Shown piece by piece: positions 20,736 to 29,440 of a DNA stretch of 64,000 nucleotides. Origin of the DNA: an uncultured Candidatus Saccharibacteria bacterium (GTDB lineage: Bacteria; Patescibacteriota; Doudnabacteria; UBA920); the NCBI GenBank assembly GCA_964556325.1, contig CAZKVS010000002.1, positions 13,599 to 77,598 of the forward strand. Direction: 5' to 3'. The translations under genes and the position numbers were made by a program. Numbering within the stretch: the first letter of the stretch is position 1; the number at the start of each line of letters is the position of its first letter. The notes beneath the pieces are model-generated. The model saw only the letters and a program-made list of their open reading frames with translations, was not told the DNA's origin and did no database searches.

Positions 20736-21605
20736 ATGATCTTAACTACTCCAACCAGCATCGAAGACCACATCGTCTCTCTCTTACGAGACGGACCCAT
20801 TGGCACCGTAGAACTTATTTCGCATATTAGAAAATATTTACCAAAAGCTACAAAACAAGCCGTCTATGCTGCACTTCGAAAACTGAAGGGTCAGGAGGTT
20901 GTAGTCGTGCACAACAAACAAGCGTCACTTAGCATACAATGGCTACGAAAGCTGGAATTGTTTGTAAACATTGCCGAAGAACGGTCATTCGATGCTGAGT
21001 CACGTTCAAATGGAATTTTAGCGCTCACGAATGGAGACCGGATTGAGTACCATTTTAAAAATGCCCACCTCATGGACTCGTTTTGGTGGCATGCATCTGC
21101 CTTACTTCTGGAAACACAATCCGCCCAAGAGCCTGTTTACATATACCACACCCACGAATGGTTTCTTCACGCAAGGCGAAACACTGAGCTAGGCTTCATA
21201 CGGTATATAAAAGATAATCGTCGTACGCTCTTTCTGGCAGTAAGCAGGAACACACCGTTGGACAAACTGGCAGCCAAAGACTTTGATGGAACCACGGCCC
21301 AATATTACATGTATTCAGTGTCTCCGTTCCCCAAGAACAACTACTACCTAAATGTATTTAACGACTATATATTTGAAGTCTGGCTGGATAAAAGCATGTC
21401 GAGCGAACTAGATGCGCTATATCGTAACACCAAAACTATCACCCCAGAAATTCTAGAACAGATTAAATCCCTAACAAGCAAACCAGGAAAAAGTCGCATG
21501 ATAATTTCCCGCAACACAAAACGGGCAGAAAAACTTAAAAAGTTACTTGGTAAACACTTCTTCGTACCAAAAGAGTATCGCTCTAAAAAAACCGTCGAGG
21601 CGTAA
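20736..21605 (+). CDS. Hypothetical protein with N-terminal winged-HTH, probable regulator of the divergent gene
   Basis: TKQAVYAALRKLKGQEVVVV wHTH-like segment; divergent arrangement. Confidence 0.6.
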   Translation: MILTTPTSIEDHIVSLLRDGPIGTVELISHIRKYLPKATKQAVYAALRKLKGQEVVVVHNKQASLSIQWLRKLELFVNIAEERSFDAESRSNGILALTNGDRIEYHFKNAHLMDSFWWHASALLLETQSAQEPVYIYHTHEWFLHARRNTELGFIRYIKDNRRTLFLAVSRNTPLDKLAAKDFDGTTAQYYMYSVSPFPKNNYYLNVFNDYIFEVWLDKSMSSELDALYRNTKTITPEILEQIKSLTSKPGKSRMIISRNTKRAEKLKKLLGKHFFVPKEYRSKKTVEA

Positions 21606-21619
21606 GCCCGACGGTTTTT
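21585..21619. terminator. Terminator (copy 2 of the duplicated hairpin)
   Basis: aaaaaaaccgtcg-aggcgtaagcc-cgacggttttt. Confidence 0.8.
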
Positions 21620-21630
21620 ATTTGACTGAA

Positions 21631-22758
21631 TTACACCCCTAGTACGCTTCTATATTTCCGTCCCGCTCGCCGTAACCCCATACGAGCTAATAGTCCGGTT
21701 TGGGCTGAGTTTCTTAGTATCCGCAAAGCTTTCCCCGAACCCAGTGGCACATACTCGGCGTGGTTGCGCGGCACATAGTAATTTACTCGCATGTTCTGCA
21801 TAACCCGGGGCAAGATAGAAGCCACATACTCCGCCTCGGCAAGCGTTTCTCGCACCGCGCCATGACGATGCGGAAACGGCGGCGACGCTTGGTCGCCAAC
21901 ACAAAATATATTGGGGAATAATTGAGTCTGAAATTTATTGTTTACCAAAATCTGATTTCGGGAGCCGATGGGTAGCATTCCCCCCTCTACTCGAATATCT
22001 TGCGCCTTCCATCCCGCAGCCCATATGACTCCATCTACTGGCCATTCCATGCCGTCTACTGTGGAAACGTACGATTGTTCAACTTTTGCAATGGCTGTAT
22101 AGCAACGTACCTCAACGCCCAAAGCATGCAAACAGTATTCCGCCGCTCGCCCTACTTCATAGGCATGCGCCGGCAGAAGTCTTCCCTGCTGCTCGAAGCA
22201 AACTATGCGTATGCGCTCAATAGGAAAGTTATGTTCACGCGCCACTGAATGCACAAAAGGGGTAAGCTGCGCTGCTGCAGACACACCAACTAATCCCCCG
22301 CCCACAACTGCTATCGTCAGGGGCTGCCGTGTAGTTGCATGCCGCTGACGTTGCAGGGCAAACTGCAACATGTGGTGTACCTGCTGTATGTACGCCCTGT
22401 TGACAGGAGAAACCGTATGATCAGGCAATAAAGTCTGACTACTCCCCAACGCCAACACTGCATAGTCGTAAGACAGAGTCCGGTTCTCTAACTTCACCAT
22501 CCGCTCACGCATATCCATACCCTGCACCATACCCCGCACATACACAAAGCCAAACTGTTGAGCTAATTTACTAAACTCAATAGAATTTTTAGTTAGGCCG
22601 TCATGTTGAGTCGGCGAAACTAAGAGAGATGCAAATGGCAACTCGTGCTGTCCTAGTCTATCTACGAGTGTAATGGAATTTCTTGGGAGCACTTTGCTGA
22701 GGGCAACCACTACCCGCATACCAGCCACTCCCCCGCCGAGCACTACTACCTGTTTCAT
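21631..22758 (-). CDS. NDH-2-like FAD-dependent oxidoreductase
   Basis: VVVLGGGVAG, YDYAVLALGS, VVGGGLVG, IWAAG, IFCVGD. Confidence 0.85.
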   Translation of the reverse strand: MKQVVVLGGGVAGMRVVVALSKVLPRNSITLVDRLGQHELPFASLLVSPTQHDGLTKNSIEFSKLAQQFGFVYVRGMVQGMDMRERMVKLENRTLSYDYAVLALGSSQTLLPDHTVSPVNRAYIQQVHHMLQFALQRQRHATTRQPLTIAVVGGGLVGVSAAAQLTPFVHSVAREHNFPIERIRIVCFEQQGRLLPAHAYEVGRAAEYCLHALGVEVRCYTAIAKVEQSYVSTVDGMEWPVDGVIWAAGWKAQDIRVEGGMLPIGSRNQILVNNKFQTQLFPNIFCVGDQASPPFPHRHGAVRETLAEAEYVASILPRVMQNMRVNYYVPRNHAEYVPLGSGKALRILRNSAQTGLLARMGLRRAGRKYRSVLGV

Positions 22759-22838
22759 TACATAAGTATACAACAGCTCCGGCATTTCATGCCGGAGCTG
22801 TTTCTATAAAATTATTATGTACTCTGTATGCGTCTTCT

Positions 22839-23333
22839 TTACTGCATACCTTTAGGAGTGAGAGTATGAAGACCAGCGGGTATAGTACCCACTTTAGAGC
22901 CTAAGCAAAAATAATACGCATAATCCGGATAGACCGTGAGACCATTATATGTGGAAGAAGTACCGCTCGCCACATAATAATAACCAACACTGGCCGGCTG
23001 ACCATTTGGGTATGTGAGAGCATCGCAGGGAGAATCGGTAGGCACCGGAGACACAGGCACTCGACCAATGAAATTTGGAGTCATATTATCCGGTTGGCTC
23101 ACATTAGTAGCAGCTGGATAGCCACGGTTGGATGTATTGAAAGACTCTAACGCTGTCATCATTTGGGTCATGTCCCCCGCCCTACGTGCATCCCGAGCTT
23201 TTGCGCGCGCGGAGTATATACTAACCATGACTACCGACGCCAATAAACCGATAATGGCAATAACGACCAACAACTCAATGAGGGTAAAACCTCTTTGAGT
23301 TGCATCTGGTTGCAGCTGATTTTTATTTTTCAT
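22839..23333 (-). CDS. Type IV pilin-like protein
   Basis: Prepilin site RG|FTLIELLVVIAIIGLLA, then ARAKARDARR. Start moved to MKNKN; the ORF-track extension runs through non-coding repeats. Confidence 0.93.
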   Translation of the reverse strand: MKNKNQLQPDATQRGFTLIELLVVIAIIGLLASVVMVSIYSARAKARDARRAGDMTQMMTALESFNTSNRGYPAATNVSQPDNMTPNFIGRVPVSPVPTDSPCDALTYPNGQPASVGYYYVASGTSSTYNGLTVYPDYAYYFCLGSKVGTIPAGLHTLTPKGMQ

Positions 23334-23430
23334 ATCAAAAATTAATACGTGGATAATCCTAACACCATTATACCATAACGGGCTCTCATTTATAATAAAA
23401 GCTTTAATACCCCAAGCATTCGGATACAAT

Positions 23431-23523
23431 TCCTCCGGTGTACACCGGAGGACCACTTTTTCGGCCCCCGCCACTATTTCATACTCCAAGTATTCGCATG
23501 AACTCTCCGGTGTAAAACCGGAG
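23431..23523. repeat. Two related CTCCGGT-N-ACCGGAG palindromes
   Basis: tcctccggtgtacaccggagga (perfect, 22 bp) and ctccggtgtaaaaccggag. Confidence 0.8.
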
Positions 23524-23590
23524 CCGTTCTTTTCGACCCCACTTTCCCCAAACCATAAAAAAGAACCTACTTGCGTAGATTCTTTTTTCA

Positions 23591-23668
23591 TGGTGGGTCC
23601 GGCGGGAGTCGAACCCGCGACCGTTGGCTTAAAGTCCGCCAGCTGGCGGATCAACCAACTGAGCTACA
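23591..23668 (-). pseudogene. tRNA-Lys copy with a palindromic substitution
   Basis: 43 nt identical to the tRNA-Lys 3' part; TCCGCCAGCTGGCGGA replaces the D-stem/anticodon-stem junction. Confidence 0.85.
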
Positions 23669-23924
23669 AGACAGGTCCAACCTTCCGCTTTAAGAAAACT
23701 CTCCCCTGATAACTTTTTAGAACTTTCTCCCTGTGCAATGCCTCGTGTCTGGTTTCAAACTCTTCCTTATAAACAAGCTTCCATGGGCCAGCATGCTTGT
23801 GGGTATAAGAACTCTTTTTATGGGGAAGTAAACTATTGTGGCGGGCTAAACGGACATCTAAATTATCGGTTTGCCCAATGTAGATATTGCCTGTTAGATT
23901 GGTAATGGCATAAACTATATACAT
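23664..23924 (-). CDS. Small GIY-YIG nuclease (UPF0213-like)
   Basis: YIVYAI...YIGQTDNL..RL.RHN...YT...PWKLVYKE.F....AL.RE..LK. Confidence 0.93.
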   Translation of the reverse strand: MYIVYAITNLTGNIYIGQTDNLDVRLARHNSLLPHKKSSYTHKHAGPWKLVYKEEFETRHEALHREKVLKSYQGRVFLKRKVGPVL

Positions 23925-24002
23925 AGCAACTCCTGATACTATCAGTGAATCAAGATGCATGCACTATGTCAAATAAAAAATCTCCTACTCGGAGGAGATT
24001 TG

Positions 24003-24078
24003 TGGTGGGTCCGGCGGGAGTCGAACCCGCGACCGTTGGCTTAAAAGGCCACTGCTCTACCAACTGAGCTACAGACCC
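24003..24078 (-). tRNA. tRNA-Lys(TTT)
   Basis: GGGTCTGTAGCTCAGTTGGTAGAGCAGTGGCCTTTTAAGCCAACGGTCGCGGGTTCGACTCCCGCCGGACCCACCA. Confidence 0.97.
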
Positions 24079-24120
24079 ATATTCAAATGGTTTAACTAAG
24101 TACACCGAGACTATCTTGGT

Positions 24121-24172
24121 CGTTGGCATAAAAGTCCCGCTTAGCGGGATCTACCAACTGAGCTACAGACCC
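24121..24172 (-). pseudogene. 5' fragment of tRNA-Lys with a palindromic substitution
   Basis: GGGTCTGTAGCTCAGTTGGTAGA-TCCCGCTAAGCGGGA-CTTTTATGCCAACG. Confidence 0.85.
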
Positions 24173-24329
24173 CTACTACACCTAAAGCTCCGTAGGGCAA
24201 GCCTTATCTAGCCCACATAAAATACCATAATCTACAATATTTTTCAAGTCCAGTGATAATTTTTTTGACAAACCTCACAGCTAGTTTACACTACAATATA
24301 TCATTCCTAAGTACGCAATAACGCACTAT

Positions 24330-24752
24330 ATGAGTACGAATATTAACCGAGGAACTGTAATTATAACCCTTTCCATAGCCCTTCTCCTCATAGGTCTTGG
24401 CTATTTACACGCAAAGCAGCAGGAACCGGAATTTGGAGAAGGCACGACTCTACAAGCCGATATACCGGATTCCGAAGCAAACCAGATGGACTTGTCCCAA
24501 CTTTCCCAAGCTCAACTGTCTCCCGTCGACCAAGAAGCCAACCCGACTACTGGAACAACGCTCACCCGGCAAGGAACCTTGTTGGTGTCGGACAACCACA
24601 CACGAGGAAACCTCATGCTAAAAACCCCCACTAGTAATTTTTACTTTCGTACCAGTCGAGATTACTCTTCGCTTATAGGTAAATCGGTTACGGCCACTGG
24701 AAATGGCACAACTGAACAATTTAGTCTAACCGACATTATTGAGAACAAATAA
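24330..24752 (+). CDS. Hypothetical membrane-anchored protein
   Basis: N-terminal TM helix; stop overlaps the next start. Confidence 0.7.
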   Translation: MSTNINRGTVIITLSIALLLIGLGYLHAKQQEPEFGEGTTLQADIPDSEANQMDLSQLSQAQLSPVDQEANPTTGTTLTRQGTLLVSDNHTRGNLMLKTPTSNFYFRTSRDYSSLIGKSVTATGNGTTEQFSLTDIIENK

Positions 24753-25651
24753 TGCATATCTACACATTTCAAAATAAATGGGACTATGAACTAATCGATT
24801 CCGGCAATGGGAAACGACTTGAACGCTGGGGAAAATATATCCTGAGCCGGCCAGACCCGCAGGCTATCTGGACACCACACGCACATGAAAATGAGTGGCT
24901 TGCGAGTGATGCCATCTTTGATAGCAAATGGCATATCCGCACGAACGTAACCCAACCCTGGACAGTTACGTGGCCTTTACCGCTCGGACCAAAGCAGGCA
25001 GTGACGGGTAACTGGGACTTAAATCTTATTGCTCGTTTATCTTCGTTTAAGCATACAGGCGTCTTTGCTGAGCAAGCCGCCAATTGGGAATGGTTAGCGG
25101 AACAAACCCAAAATGGGAAATGGAAAGTAAAAAATGAAAAACCTAGAATACTCAACTTGTTTGGCTATACGGGAGCAGCGACGGTTCTCCTGGCCAAACT
25201 AGGTTGTTTTGTAACGCATGTCGATGCGTCCAAACCCACCATCGGATGGGCCAAAGAAAACCAAGCCGCAAATCGGCTACCCGAAGATAGCATTCGCTGG
25301 ATACTGGACGACTGTGTAAAATTTGTAAAACGAGAAGTTAAACGAGGCGCGCTCTATGACGGCATTATTTTAGACCCGCCTGCATATGGCCATACTCCGG
25401 GCGGGCAAACTTGGAAATTTGGGGAAGGATTACCAGACCTTCTCAGTCTTTGCGACCAACTTCTCTCCCCCACTGCTAAGTTTATACTGGTCAATGCCTA
25501 TGCTACCAACACTTCTAGTATTGCATTACAAAATGTTCTCGAGGACACAATTAAAAAAACTCGCACCACCATAGAAGTGGGCGAGCTTTGCCTTGAGCAG
25601 CGGGACCACCGCATACTATCCACCGGTATTGTGGCCCGATGCTCGCGGTAA
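24752..25651 (+). CDS. RlmI/RlmK-like class I SAM-dependent methyltransferase
   Basis: YELIDSG.G.RLERWG, KHTGVF.EQ, LNLFGYTG, HVDAS, ILDPP. Confidence 0.9.
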   Translation: MHIYTFQNKWDYELIDSGNGKRLERWGKYILSRPDPQAIWTPHAHENEWLASDAIFDSKWHIRTNVTQPWTVTWPLPLGPKQAVTGNWDLNLIARLSSFKHTGVFAEQAANWEWLAEQTQNGKWKVKNEKPRILNLFGYTGAATVLLAKLGCFVTHVDASKPTIGWAKENQAANRLPEDSIRWILDDCVKFVKREVKRGALYDGIILDPPAYGHTPGGQTWKFGEGLPDLLSLCDQLLSPTAKFILVNAYATNTSSIALQNVLEDTIKKTRTTIEVGELCLEQRDHRILSTGIVARCSR

Positions 25652-25699
25652 AAAATTGTTATGTGAATGTAATCTAGTTTAAATTACCTCCAAGACTCC

Positions 25700-25840
25700 C
25701 TATATATAACGAACTGGCTGAGGTCTCTTCTGAGTTCCGCTATACATAGTCATAGGCATCTGACAAAATTGGCAGAACCTAAAATGGCTCGTGCTTCTTC
25801 CGCACGAATCGCAAATAAATTTGTAGGCTACAGTGTTCAT
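25700..25840 (-). CDS. Zinc-ribbon microprotein (46 aa), not in the ORF track
   Basis: MNTVAYKFICDSCGRSTSHFRFCQFCQMPMTMYSGTQKRPQPVRYI; two CxxC pairs. Confidence 0.6.
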   Translation of the reverse strand: MNTVAYKFICDSCGRSTSHFRFCQFCQMPMTMYSGTQKRPQPVRYI

Positions 25841-25943
25841 ATATATAAGTAATTTACTTATAAAACAACACTATAACACACCGACTTTAAATAAAAATGA
25901 AAAAACGCCTTGTGGCGTTTCTATGGCATGAATATACCTCTGC

Positions 25944-26492
25944 CTAATTCTCGCTTCGGTGGGACACAAATCGGCCAAATACTATAAGATATCCAACTGG
26001 TGCAACGAGCCAAATAAAATTTACTCCAGGCTGTGTGAATAAGAAACGAATAAGCGGATGCAGTGTGCCTTGTACAGCCGGCGGAATAAAACCTAACACA
26101 ACGTTTATGAGCAGTCCAATCTGCAAAATAGCAAAAGGAACACCAAACAAAAGTGAACTTCCGGTTTTACCTTCCGCGCTCGTACGAAAGCCGTATCGTG
26201 AGAGAAAGAAAAACAACACTATAAATAAAGCACCGAATGTAGCCAAATGTTGTAAGCTTACGGTTACAATATTTAGCTTTGCGTTTACTATTTTATGCAA
26301 AAACGGCGCCTCAATTACGAGCAGTTTGGCCATATACACAGATACCAATATAGCCAGTATTCTTCCCTTACCTGACACAAACGCATAAAGCACACCTGCC
26401 ACAACCCAAAAAAGAATAATAAACAAATCCCAGCTTGGATTATGCCAGTTAAAACTGCGAATTAGATGTTGAAACTCAACGTATTTTTCCAT
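25944..26492 (-). CDS. Hypothetical multi-pass membrane protein
   Basis: Four to five hydrophobic segments; TATAAT upstream. Confidence 0.75.
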   Translation of the reverse strand: MEKYVEFQHLIRSFNWHNPSWDLFIILFWVVAGVLYAFVSGKGRILAILVSVYMAKLLVIEAPFLHKIVNAKLNIVTVSLQHLATFGALFIVLFFFLSRYGFRTSAEGKTGSSLLFGVPFAILQIGLLINVVLGFIPPAVQGTLHPLIRFLFTQPGVNFIWLVAPVGYLIVFGRFVSHRSEN

Positions 26493-26572
26493 TAAGTAAA
26501 ACTCTGTAGAATGATACTAGTATTATACACCATACAGTTGCATTAAACCGATGTAAGATATACTAATTCTAT

Positions 26573-27445
26573 ATGCAATACGGTATTCTATTCGCGCTTG
26601 TCGCCCTCCTTGGTTGGGGGCTCGCAGATTTTTTGATAGAAAAAAGTACTCGTAAAATAGGTGACGCGGCCAGCCTCTTTTTTATTACAGCCATCGGCAG
26701 CCTCATCCTGTTGCCATTTGTTTACAAAGACATTGGCCCACTATTGTCGGGACACATGGGCACCACGGAGCTATGGGTGCTTATGGGCGCGGGGTTGTTT
26801 GCGTTAACGGCTTCTTTGTTCGATTTCGAGGCCTTACGCATAGGTAAAATTGCCATTGTTGAACCCATATACGCTATTGAAATTATTGGCACGTTATTAC
26901 TAACGGGCTTTGTCATTGACGAATGGCTCACCTTTGGCCAAACGGTATTAGTCTTGGCTGTCACGCTCGGTATAATTTTAGTTTCTCTAAAGTCCTTCGC
27001 GCATTTTAAAAACATACACCTGGAACGAGGCATTGTCTACGCGTTCATTGCCGCATTGTTTATGGCCGGAGAGAACTTCCTTACGGGCTATGGCTCGAGA
27101 CTCACCAATCCGCTACTCACCAACTGGATTATAGACATGGTCATAACGCTGGTCATGCTCGGCTATCTGGTCACCACCCAACAAATAAAAAGTTTAGGTC
27201 GTGACCTGTGGACACACCCAAAACTCATTTTGAGCGTTAGCATTGCCGATACTATAGGCTGGGTTGCTTTCGCCTATAGTGCCGTCTACATACCCATAGG
27301 CCTTGCTGTGGGCATAAGCGAAGCGTACATAGTACTTGCCGTACTACTCGGACTTTTCATCAACAAAGAAAAATTAAAACACCACCAACTCCTTGGGGCC
27401 TTCACTACCGTTACCGCAGCCATAATTCTCGCGTATATCGCTTAA
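26573..27445 (+). CDS. EamA/DMT family transporter
   Basis: About ten TM helices in two repeats; LFINKEKL...QLLG. Confidence 0.9.
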   Translation: MQYGILFALVALLGWGLADFLIEKSTRKIGDAASLFFITAIGSLILLPFVYKDIGPLLSGHMGTTELWVLMGAGLFALTASLFDFEALRIGKIAIVEPIYAIEIIGTLLLTGFVIDEWLTFGQTVLVLAVTLGIILVSLKSFAHFKNIHLERGIVYAFIAALFMAGENFLTGYGSRLTNPLLTNWIIDMVITLVMLGYLVTTQQIKSLGRDLWTHPKLILSVSIADTIGWVAFAYSAVYIPIGLAVGISEAYIVLAVLLGLFINKEKLKHHQLLGAFTTVTAAIILAYIA

Positions 27446-27508
27446 GATTTTACTGAAAAAACTTACAAACTTAACTGCCAAAACACTATCAATACTTTAA
27501 AAAAAGAA

Positions 27509-27548
27509 CTTATATCTATTTCTGACGGCCGTCAGAAATAGATATAAG
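27509..27548. repeat. Perfect 40-bp palindrome
   Basis: cttatatctatttctgacgg|ccgtcagaaatagatataag. Confidence 0.97.
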
Positions 27549-28091
27549 CCTACGAAATTGCTTACGCAAATCTGCATCAGTGTCAAAAGCATCTACGCGA
27601 GCAAAACGGATATATCGAGTTAATCCGGAAGCTTTGAGATACGCTATACTGGCCGAACTAAGAGCAAAGGGTTGCACATATACACTAGCCTGCAAAGCCA
27701 CAAACCCATAACCTTTAAGTAGGTTCCGGAGCCTGGCCCTTACTCCCCTTGCGTGTTCCGGTATGTCAAAAATTGCCAAACGCCACTTTCCGTCCCAACG
27801 TTGGGAATGTACATCAAGTTTTGATTTTTCAAACAAAGCTTCAAGCTGACCCTTATTTGTCAATACAAGCACCTTTTTAGCCTCGCCATATTCAAACTTT
27901 AACCAGCCCTGCCGTTTGAGACGCTGTATGGTAGTCTCGAGCTTTCTGCCGGCAACGTATTTTCTATATTCAGGATAGAGCGCCGTACTTAGTTTTCCTA
28001 ACATACTGACTTTTTGTATCTGCCCGCCCGCCTCTAAGAGAGCCAATAATATCTGACTCGTAACAGTCATTCTTTTCTTATCACGGTTCAT
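27516..28091 (-). CDS. PaaX-like wHTH plus Cas2-like domain protein
   Basis: IQRLKRQGWL...LTNKG (wHTH), then WDGKWRLAIFDIPE...R..LR..L..YGF..LQASVY (PaaX central/Cas2-like ferredoxin fold). Confidence 0.85.
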   Translation of the reverse strand: MNRDKKRMTVTSQILLALLEAGGQIQKVSMLGKLSTALYPEYRKYVAGRKLETTIQRLKRQGWLKFEYGEAKKVLVLTNKGQLEALFEKSKLDVHSQRWDGKWRLAIFDIPEHARGVRARLRNLLKGYGFVALQASVYVQPFALSSASIAYLKASGLTRYIRFARVDAFDTDADLRKQFRRLISISDGRQK

Positions 28092-28121
28092 ACATTTATT
28101 TTTATTGTTTCCTTTAAATTG

Positions 28122-28159
28122 TTATAGCTAAAAATGACGGCCGTCATTTTTAGCTATAA
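28122..28159. repeat. Perfect 38-bp palindrome
   Basis: ttatagctaaaaatgacgg|ccgtcatttttagctataa. Confidence 0.97.
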
Positions 28160-28201
28160 GATGCATATAAAGATGAATGCAAAAAAGACAAAAGACAGCT
28201 G

Positions 28202-29359
28202 TTAGAAGCTGTCTTTTATGTTTTCCCAAAAACTTTTATTTACCTGCGTAGCTTCACCATTTAGGTTGGCAAGCTTTTCTATGAGTTCTTTTTCCTGTTT
28301 GGAAAGCTTGTTTGGCACAATAACACGTACGGTAAGCAGCAAATCCCCCCGTTTACCCGAATTAACAACCGGCACACCCTGTCCAGAGACTTTCAGCACA
28401 GTATTTGGTTGGGTACCACTCGGAACTTTTACTTCTATTGTGCCGTCTATCGTGTGCACTTCTACTTTTGTACCGAGAGTCGCTTGTACAAAGCTAATCG
28501 GCAACTCTTTGTGTAAATTATTTCCATCTCGACGAAACTCCTTGGAGGCCGGCACGCGAATAGTAATGTACAAATCACCCGGGTTGGAGCCCTTATACCC
28601 CACCTCCCCCTCGCCTTGCACGCGTATGCGCTGTCCATTGTCTATACCCGCAGGAATTTTGACTTCCAGAGTCTTTGGTCTTCGCAGTACCCCACTTCCA
28701 CCACACACCGTACACGCAGTCTCGGGCGTTTTACCTTCTCCATCACACTTATCACAGGTACTCGCCGACTGCATGTTGCCAAACACAGTGCGACGAGTCG
28801 TAATAATTTGCCCCTGCCCATGACATTTGCTACAAGTGACTATTTTACTTCCCGGCGCAGCACCCGACCCCGCGCAGACATGACACTTATCACGTTTTTC
28901 CAAAGTCACTGTTTTAGTCACCCCATGCACTGATTCCTCAAAGGAAATAGTAAGTGGCATTTCTAAGTCCACCCCGCGTTCTCGACGAGACTGCCGCTCT
29001 TGCCGCCCACCAAAAATATCAGAAAAAATATCGCCTAAGTCAAAATCTACTCCCGCTTGTCCGCCAAACCCATTGAACCCATTAAAATCGAAACCGCCGC
29101 CAAATGGACCACCCGCTTGTCCACCACGACCGCCCGCACCCGGAGCTTGCTGATAATTTTCCCCAAACCGGTCGTACTGACTACGTTTACCATCGTCAGA
29201 GAGAACCTGGTAGGCTTCGTTTACTTCCTTAAACTTTTGCTCGTTGCCACCCCCCTTATCAGGATGAAACTCATGCGCCTTTTTGCGATAGGCGCGTTTA
29301 ATCTCATCCGCACTTGCGGACTTAGAAATTCCTAAAATGTCGTAAAAATCTTTTGCCAT
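28202..29359 (-). CDS. dnaJ: Chaperone DnaJ
   Basis: HPD, G/F-rich region, four CxxCxGxG. Confidence 0.98.
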   Translation of the reverse strand: MAKDFYDILGISKSASADEIKRAYRKKAHEFHPDKGGGNEQKFKEVNEAYQVLSDDGKRSQYDRFGENYQQAPGAGGRGGQAGGPFGGGFDFNGFNGFGGQAGVDFDLGDIFSDIFGGRQERQSRRERGVDLEMPLTISFEESVHGVTKTVTLEKRDKCHVCAGSGAAPGSKIVTCSKCHGQGQIITTRRTVFGNMQSASTCDKCDGEGKTPETACTVCGGSGVLRRPKTLEVKIPAGIDNGQRIRVQGEGEVGYKGSNPGDLYITIRVPASKEFRRDGNNLHKELPISFVQATLGTKVEVHTIDGTIEVKVPSGTQPNTVLKVSGQGVPVVNSGKRGDLLLTVRVIVPNKLSKQEKELIEKLANLNGEATQVNKSFWENIKDSF

Positions 29360-29440
29360 TTATATAATCCTAATGCTCCGAAAAATATCCGAATGTTCCA
29401 AATTTGTTTCATTCGGATACATTCGTAGATTCGGATTATA

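Noticed and set aside
23334-23654. N-terminal extension of the pilin ORF to 271 aa
   Set aside because: It reads through the tRNA pseudo-copy and palindromes; the prepilin leader defines the start at 23333.
23591-24078. Prophage or integrative element between tRNA-Lys repeats
   Set aside because: It spans only about 0.4 kb with no integrase, and the duplication includes 5' tRNA sequence, unlike an att core.
27516-28091. CRISPR-Cas locus suggested by the Cas2-like domain
   Set aside because: No repeat-spacer array, cas1 or effector gene was seen in the window, and the domain is fused to a PaaX-type wHTH.
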